A DNA stretch of 32,000 nt, taken from contig DAOOUC010000004.1 in the NCBI GenBank assembly GCA_035390665.1, positions 46,702 through 78,701 of the forward strand, given 5' to 3'. This stretch comes from an archaeon. GTDB lineage: Archaea > Iainarchaeota > Iainarchaeia > Iainarchaeales > CSSED10-239. Below, in pieces: positions 26,674 to 32,000 of the stretch (position 1 is the first letter of the stretch; the number at the start of each line of letters is the position of its first letter). The position numbers and the translations under genes are program-made. Under the pieces are notes generated by a model. The model worked only from the letters and a program-made list of their open reading frames with translations. It was not told where the DNA came from and searched no databases.

Positions 26674-26762
26674 CGCAAGGGATGGGATTTGAACCCATGT
26701 GTGGTATTACCCACATCTAGTTTTCGAGACTAGCACCTTCAACCAGACTCAGTCACCCTTGC
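26674..26762 (-). tRNA. tRNA-Ser (anticodon CGA)
   Basis: GCAAGGG...CCCTTGC acceptor, CTAGT-CTCGAAA-ACTAG anticodon arm, long variable arm TGTGG-GTAATA-CCACA, T arm ATGGG-TTCAAAT-CCCAT, G discriminator. No encoded CCA. Confidence 0.95.
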
Positions 26763-27100
26763 TTATACAAGTAGTCGTTAATAACTTTTAATAGGTCTGT
26801 TAGCATAGTTTTTGCAACTTTTTCTTGAGTTGTGTCTCTTATTATTATTTTTAAAGAACTAAATATTGTTATTGTTCCTTTTTTTGTTTTTAGAACAATT
26901 AAAAATGGAGAGTTATCTTTTTCTATAAAATAATTCTTTGCTCTTAAAGTCATTAATAATTTCTCTAAATCAATCTTTGTTGATTTCTTTGGATAAAATT
27001 CAAAACCAGGTGTTGCTTTACAACTATCTAAAATAAAAGAATCAACTGTAAGATTTTTATCTTCTTTTTTATTAAGTAGGTTTAACATATGATTTTTCAC
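26753..27100 (-). CDS. Conserved-looking hypothetical protein (115 aa), TBP-half-like or small alpha/beta fold possible
   Basis: ORF directly downstream of the HerA-like gene on the same strand. Its last codons (CAA GGG TGA) coincide with the 5' end of tRNA-Ser. Confidence 0.6.
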   Translation of the reverse strand: MKNHMLNLLNKKEDKNLTVDSFILDSCKATPGFEFYPKKSTKIDLEKLLMTLRAKNYFIEKDNSPFLIVLKTKKGTITIFSSLKIIIRDTTQEKVAKTMLTDLLKVINDYLYKQG

Positions 27101-27103
27101 TTT

Positions 27104-29752
27104 TTATGCATCAATGATTTGACCAAGAACTGCATCAATAAGAATTGTTCTGTCATTTGCTCTTTTGTCTCTTGAGGTTATATCCCAGATTGGCCAATAT
27201 ATTTTTTCTATATTTTCTATTTCTATGTTTTGCCATAATTTTTCTAGTCTTTTAACTGTCTCTTCCTCAGGGATGTCTTTATCAATATCTGTTTTAGAAA
27301 TTAATTGTTTTCTTAGTGGCAAATTATCTACAGAAGAAAGAATTGTATATCTTGGAGAGAATGGCAAATCTATTCCTCTCTTAATTCTAAATTTTTCTTC
27401 CTTGTTTATTATTGAAACATCTACTATGTCTTTATTAACTAAAGATACTAAATCTTCCTTTACTTCTTGCTCTGAAGCATTTAATATCTGTGAGAGTTCT
27501 TTTGGTGTAATCCACCTTTCAAGATTATCTAACAGAACAATGTCATCTGTTGAGATATCTTCAACAATATCAAGGCCTGTTGATTCTTTAAAAATTCCAT
27601 CATAATGTAAGAATTCTCCAGTAACTGAATCCACATAACAACAAGACTTTGTGTAATTTTCTTCATCATCAAAAATATTATAATTGATTTTATAGATTTC
27701 TCTATAAAGTAATTTTATTTCAGAAATAAACTCTTCTTCTTTTAAAAATATTAATTTTTTCTTATTTGTTCTGCTTGCTATATTAATTGCAATTTCTCTT
27801 GAGATTCTTGAAGGAAGTATTGGAACTGTTTCTGGTTCTATTGTTTCTGGAGTTATTGCTGTCTCTAGTTGTTCTCCTTGCTCTTCAACTAAATTAGAAT
27901 ACTCAATTGCTTGATTAATATTTTGTACTTCTTCTTTAGAAATTTCTGCTTTTTGTTTTTTTTCTGCAAATAATAATATTTTTTCTTTTTCAACAATCCC
28001 CATCTTACTTAAAGAAACAAGTAATTCGTCAAAAGTTACTTCGCTATTATATTTCGAATTAACAACATCAAGAATATCTTTTGCATCACTTACTTTTAAA
28101 GTTTTTGAAGAAAGTAATTTCTTATAAATCATGTCTGAAGAAAAGTTAATTATTTCTTTTTTAGAAAGCTTTGGAACTTCTCTTATAGTTTCTGCATCTC
28201 TTCCTTCGTGTTGACTTAATCTTGGTTTAATCTTTAGAATAAACGCTCTTTTTGTTTCTTCGCCACGATCACCAGTTAGAGCAACACCCACAGGTAAAGT
28301 CTTTATGAAGTTTGGATCTTTATAAACGTCAGGAATAATTGCAGGCATTCTTTTCTGGACTGCGTGAATATCATCATTAAATACAAGCTTATGGCTTAAG
28401 AAGATATCAACCTGAGACAATACCTTAGAATTGATTGCTGATGGTTGTTGAGTTGCAAGAACCATAGAACATCCTGGTCTTCTTCCTTGCTTAACGTATT
28501 CTATGATGGCATTAGTTGCTGGAGTTATGGTGTTACCTGAAGGAATCAATGTGTGAGCTTCATCAATATACACCCATGTTGGTGGAATTGAAATCTCAAG
28601 TAACTCATCTGGGCTCTCTGAAGTTGAATCAAACTTTTTAATTGCATCTTGCCTTGTTACTAGTTTTCTTGCTGCTAGTATTCTTCTTGCTAATATTCCA
28701 ATGACAAGAGCAGTAATATTATCATCTAAAAAACTTGTATCAAGAATTGTTAGTTGCTTTTCTTTTGATAATTTTGATAATGGAGTCCCATGATCACTAA
28801 ATATTCCCCAGGACTTTGCAGCTTCAAATCTTGAAACTAAAGCTCTAATTGAATCTTGCTTATAGCCTGATGATGATGACTTAAATTCATAAGCATTTTG
28901 CAAGCAATAAATAATATCTTCTAAAGTGTAAAGATTTCCTTTAGCTGGAATTTGTTCTATCTCTATTTCTTCATTAGTTGGGTCTCCGGCCTTATATCCG
29001 TGTTTTACAAAAGATAGTGTTTTCTCAAGAAGTAAACCAGTTGGATTAAATCTATCAATTCCAAAAGTTAGACACCAATCTTCAGCTAGAAGCATTGAAG
29101 GATACATTGAGAATGTTTCATCAAAGGTTTCTTTAGAAACTTTACCTACAACTCCTTCTGGAACAAAAACTTTTAGATTGTTTAAACCTTTAGGTGCTAG
29201 TCCCCAATTTGCAAGATCCTCTATTTCTTTCTTTTCTTGGTTTGGGTATTTCATGGACCAAAAGACACCTACTGGATCAACAACAACTTGACCAATATAA
29301 GGGTTGTTGACAGCTAACTCTTCAGCAATTACACCAAGGCCATAACTTTTTCCTGAACCTCTTGAACCGTCTATAAAAACTACGTGGGGGTTTAAGCCAT
29401 CAAGATAAACCTTTTTATCCCTTTGATCGTCTTCAAAAACTTTTCCTAAGAATGCACAAGATCTTGAACCATGTTCTTTCAGAACAGATTTTTTTCTTCC
29501 AATATAGACTATTTCAGAATCCTCTGGATCTGTCAAAAACTCTAGTTTTGGAGTAATCTCTTTGAGCCGGTTTCGCTCGGACTCGCGCGCAGTGATATTT
29601 TCTTTCTTTTTTATTTCTGACTTTTTTGGTTTTTCTAAATCTTCAGGGTTAAGGGTTGGAAGTTCTGTCTGATAGATACTTTCATCATTTTCGATTTTAT
29701 CAAAAGGATTGATACCATCACTTTTAGATTTTTCAACAGCCATAACCATCAA
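27104..29752 (-). CDS. HerA/VirB4-like P-loop ATPase (DUF87-type), 882 aa; start probably at the internal MAVEKSK Met
   Basis: Walker A FIDGSRGSGKSYGLG, Walker B PPTWVYIDEAHTLIPS, VKQGRRPGCSMVLATQQPSAI, with a long C-terminal extension containing probable winged-helix segments. Confidence 0.88.
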   Translation of the reverse strand: MMVMAVEKSKSDGINPFDKIENDESIYQTELPTLNPEDLEKPKKSEIKKKENITARESERNRLKEITPKLEFLTDPEDSEIVYIGRKKSVLKEHGSRSCAFLGKVFEDDQRDKKVYLDGLNPHVVFIDGSRGSGKSYGLGVIAEELAVNNPYIGQVVVDPVGVFWSMKYPNQEKKEIEDLANWGLAPKGLNNLKVFVPEGVVGKVSKETFDETFSMYPSMLLAEDWCLTFGIDRFNPTGLLLEKTLSFVKHGYKAGDPTNEEIEIEQIPAKGNLYTLEDIIYCLQNAYEFKSSSSGYKQDSIRALVSRFEAAKSWGIFSDHGTPLSKLSKEKQLTILDTSFLDDNITALVIGILARRILAARKLVTRQDAIKKFDSTSESPDELLEISIPPTWVYIDEAHTLIPSGNTITPATNAIIEYVKQGRRPGCSMVLATQQPSAINSKVLSQVDIFLSHKLVFNDDIHAVQKRMPAIIPDVYKDPNFIKTLPVGVALTGDRGEETKRAFILKIKPRLSQHEGRDAETIREVPKLSKKEIINFSSDMIYKKLLSSKTLKVSDAKDILDVVNSKYNSEVTFDELLVSLSKMGIVEKEKILLFAEKKQKAEISKEEVQNINQAIEYSNLVEEQGEQLETAITPETIEPETVPILPSRISREIAINIASRTNKKKLIFLKEEEFISEIKLLYREIYKINYNIFDDEENYTKSCCYVDSVTGEFLHYDGIFKESTGLDIVEDISTDDIVLLDNLERWITPKELSQILNASEQEVKEDLVSLVNKDIVDVSIINKEEKFRIKRGIDLPFSPRYTILSSVDNLPLRKQLISKTDIDKDIPEEETVKRLEKLWQNIEIENIEKIYWPIWDITSRDKRANDRTILIDAVLGQIIDA

Positions 29753-29826
29753 TAAATATATTTTAGATAATATTATAAGAAACTAAAGAAATATAATATA
29801 TTAGGGTTTTTAAAGATAACTGGAAA

Positions 29827-30657
29827 CTATATAGTGATACTTTTATTTACAAATAAAGTTGGATGAGTAATATTTTGGTCTATTGTTTTTGTATTTAATG
29901 CATTAATCCGTTTTATAGTAAGATCTAAATATTTCTTATCTAAATCGATACCAATATATTTCCTAGAATACATGCGTGACACTAAGCCCGTTGTTCCTGA
30001 ACCATTAAATGGATCTAATACTGTGTCTCCTTTATCTGTTGTTGAAAGTATTATTCGTTTAAGTAATTCTAGGGGTTTTTGAGTTGGATGCTTTCCTAAT
30101 TTTTTTTCTTGCTGTGGGGTTAAAGGTATATTCCAAACACTTCTCATTTGTTTTCCAGATTCACTTATTTTATCATCCCATTTTTTCATAAGTTCATAAT
30201 TAAATTTGTGTTTTGATTCTTTTTCTTTTCTTGCCCAGATTAATGTTTCGTGACTATGTGTAAAATATCTACAACTTAAATTTGGAGGCGCATTAGGTTT
30301 ATACCAACAAATTTCATTAAGTATTTGATAATTTTGCATTTGTAATGCATAACCAACTTGATAAATATTGTGCATCGTTCCAGAAATCCAAATGCTGCCG
30401 GTATTTTTTAGAACTCTTCTACATTCAGATAACCAGCTAAAGGTAAATTCAAAATCTTTATTCATACCGTTTGATTTATCCCAATCAGCTTTATTTACTG
30501 ACACCATTTTTCCTGCTCTACAAGAAATACCCCCATTAGATAAAAAATAGGGCGGGTCTGCAAAAATTAGATCCACTGAATTGTCTGGTATTTCTTTTAA
30601 AATATCTAAACAATCCCCTTGATAGAGATTGAAATCTAGAGAATTATAGTGTTTCAT
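29827..30657 (-). CDS. DNA methyltransferase, DpnA / M2.DpnII-like (N6-adenine, beta-class order)
   Basis: DLIFADPPYFLSNGGIS, DWDK, APPNLSCRYFTHSHETLIWARK, GKHPTQKPLELLKRIILS, DPFNGSGTTG. Start chosen at the internal Met (MKHYNSLDFN) rather than the 30714 ATG. Confidence 0.92.
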   Translation of the reverse strand: MKHYNSLDFNLYQGDCLDILKEIPDNSVDLIFADPPYFLSNGGISCRAGKMVSVNKADWDKSNGMNKDFEFTFSWLSECRRVLKNTGSIWISGTMHNIYQVGYALQMQNYQILNEICWYKPNAPPNLSCRYFTHSHETLIWARKEKESKHKFNYELMKKWDDKISESGKQMRSVWNIPLTPQQEKKLGKHPTQKPLELLKRIILSTTDKGDTVLDPFNGSGTTGLVSRMYSRKYIGIDLDKKYLDLTIKRINALNTKTIDQNITHPTLFVNKSITI

Positions 30658-30714
30658 AAAATATATAGTATATTTATTATTTATATACCTTTCTAGGGTA
30701 GATGTCCAGTGCAA

Positions 30715-31236
30715 TTAAGGATTTGGTAATCCTAAAAAGTCTAAAGGTATTTCATTAAAGAAATAATAACAATTTACTGATTTTATGTAATCTAAAACAT
30801 CTTTGTATTCTTGTTTTTTAAACCAGTCGTTTAGAACATAACAATATTTTACTTTTATATTTAACGGCTTAAATAATTTATTATATTGTTTATTTTTGAA
30901 ATCACAAGTTTGTAATTTTTCATCTACTGATCCTGAAACTTCTTGAAATTTTATTTCAATAATAAATAAAGTGTTTTCCTTCATAACAAAAATCGCATCA
31001 TCTGGTAATAATTTTTTAGAGATGTAATTTAGATAATTTATGCCTTTTGGTTCTAAAAAGTTTTTATAAATTTTATTTTTTTGATAAAATGTCGCTATTT
31101 TTTTATTATCAAAAAACACGTCTTCTCCTTTAATTTCATACCTTTTCATTCCGGAAAATATTTGCTTTAAAGAGATTCTTTCTTCAAATCTTAATCCTGT
31201 TATAGTCCTTCCGCCACCAACGCCACTTTTTATCAT
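30715..31236 (-). CDS. Probable type II restriction endonuclease, PD-(D/E)XK fold
   Basis: KKLLPDDAIFVMKENTLFIIEIKFQEVSGSVDEKLQTCDFKNKQY fits PD-x(n)-ExK; sandwiched between two DNA adenine methylase genes. Confidence 0.8.
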   Translation of the reverse strand: MIKSGVGGGRTITGLRFEERISLKQIFSGMKRYEIKGEDVFFDNKKIATFYQKNKIYKNFLEPKGINYLNYISKKLLPDDAIFVMKENTLFIIEIKFQEVSGSVDEKLQTCDFKNKQYNKLFKPLNIKVKYCYVLNDWFKKQEYKDVLDYIKSVNCYYFFNEIPLDFLGLPNP

Positions 31237-31246
31237 TTTATCACCT

Positions 31247-32000
31247 TTAATAATTTTTTATCAAAACTTCTTTTATATTGTTTCTTTTAGCACCATCACA
31301 GTTTATCATTCTTTTTGCAGATATTTCTTTTATTTTATAATTTTTATAAAGATTTTTTATAAAATCAGTAGAACTATTACTTTCTAGTACAAAACACCCT
31401 TTTTTATCTAATGCTCCATAAACTTCTTTTAATCTCATTTGATCTTTTCTTGTAAAATTGTTACTAGTATAACTAACAAAACTATTTTCGGTTATTTGAT
31501 CATAAGGTGGATCAAAATATATAAAATCTTTTATTTTTGCTAAATGCAATGTATCCTCAAAAGGCATAACTTTTAATTCTACATTTTGCAATAATATAGA
31601 GGTTTCGATTATATTTTTTTTATTAAATATCTCTGGATTTTTATATCTACCTATTGGAACATTAAACTTATTGTCTTTGTTTACACGATAAAGACCATTA
31701 AAACAAGTCTTATTTAAATAAATAAATCTGGCTGCTTTTTCTACTTCTCCTAAATGTATATTAGAATCACTTAGTGTAATTCCCATTCTTTGTGTAGCTG
31801 TTGTTTCTAAACCTCTAACTGTATAATAAAATTCTGAGGAGTGTTGTGATTTATAATATTCTAATTCTTTAATCAATTTCTCTGGTTTTGTTTTAATAAT
31901 ATTATAGGTATCTATTAATTCCACGTTAATATCAGATGCAATTACTTTTTTTGGATTATAATTTTCTAAAATATAGAATAATAAAGCTCCACCACCAAGA
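31247..32000 (-). CDS. D12-class N6-adenine DNA methyltransferase, DpnM/Dam-like (partial; runs off the right edge)
   Basis: KTCFNGLYRVNKDNKFNVPIGRYKNPE, IYFDPPYDQITENSFVSYTSNNFT. The frame stays open upstream of the track start (31924, GTG): ...LGGGALLFYILENYNPKKVIASDINVELIDTYN, which contains the FxGGGA SAM motif, so the true start is beyond 32000. Confidence 0.93.
   Translation of the reverse strand, partial: LGGGALLFYILENYNPKKVIASDINVELIDTYNIIKTKPEKLIKELEYYKSQHSSEFYYTVRGLETTATQRMGITLSDSNIHLGEVEKAARFIYLNKTCFNGLYRVNKDNKFNVPIGRYKNPEIFNKKNIIETSILLQNVELKVMPFEDTLHLAKIKDFIYFDPPYDQITENSFVSYTSNNFTRKDQMRLKEVYGALDKKGCFVLESNSSTDFIKNLYKNYKIKEISAKRMINCDGAKRNNIKEVLIKNY

Noticed and set aside
26446-26714. 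Minus-strand ORFs 26446..26640 and 26508..26714
   Set aside because: They overlap the candidate ncRNA, its promoter and the 3' part of tRNA-Ser; the translations have no coding character.
29827-32000. Defence island with a novel effector
   Set aside because: Only a recognisable M-R-M system is visible. The neighbouring HerA-like ATPase has no clear nuclease, Sir2 or other effector partner in the window, so a combined system is not supported.

Overview
The window is an AT-rich, gene-dense archaeal chromosome segment. Its gene content resembles a DPANN / Woesearchaeota- or Pacearchaeota-like lineage; this is inferred by eye from protein content only. Housekeeping genes recognisable from the sequence: type II methionine aminopeptidase; the cluster uL11 - Spt5 - SecE - FtsZ (SecE, 59 aa, is missing from the supplied ORF track); ribose-1,5-bisphosphate isomerase; family B DNA polymerase; an NreA-like protein; a UDP-GlcNAc/dolichyl-P transferase-like enzyme; AglB/STT3; a lone 5S rRNA; TBP; the cluster eL21 - RpoF - DUF655 - RsmA/Dim1; a 1061-aa pilin-like adhesin with a duplicated module; AMP phosphorylase; thioredoxin; UppP; tRNA-Ser(CGA); and a large HerA-like ATPase. 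The right edge carries a DpnII/MboI-style M-R-M restriction-modification locus, truncated by the window end. The left edge carries an open, secreted coiled-coil CDS that is also absent from the ORF track. The strongest candidates for something undescribed are: (1) a compact structured RNA at about 26400..26482 (- strand), whose three G.U wobbles pair only on the minus strand and which has a TATA-like box at the right spacing; (2) a PolB with non-canonical motif A and motif B; (3) an RsmA/Dim1 homologue lacking the motif IV Asn; (4) a CDS whose stop codon lies inside the 5' end of tRNA-Ser; (5) DpnM/DpnA-like methylases paired with a short endonuclease that does not resemble DpnII. No CRISPR array and no transposon were seen.
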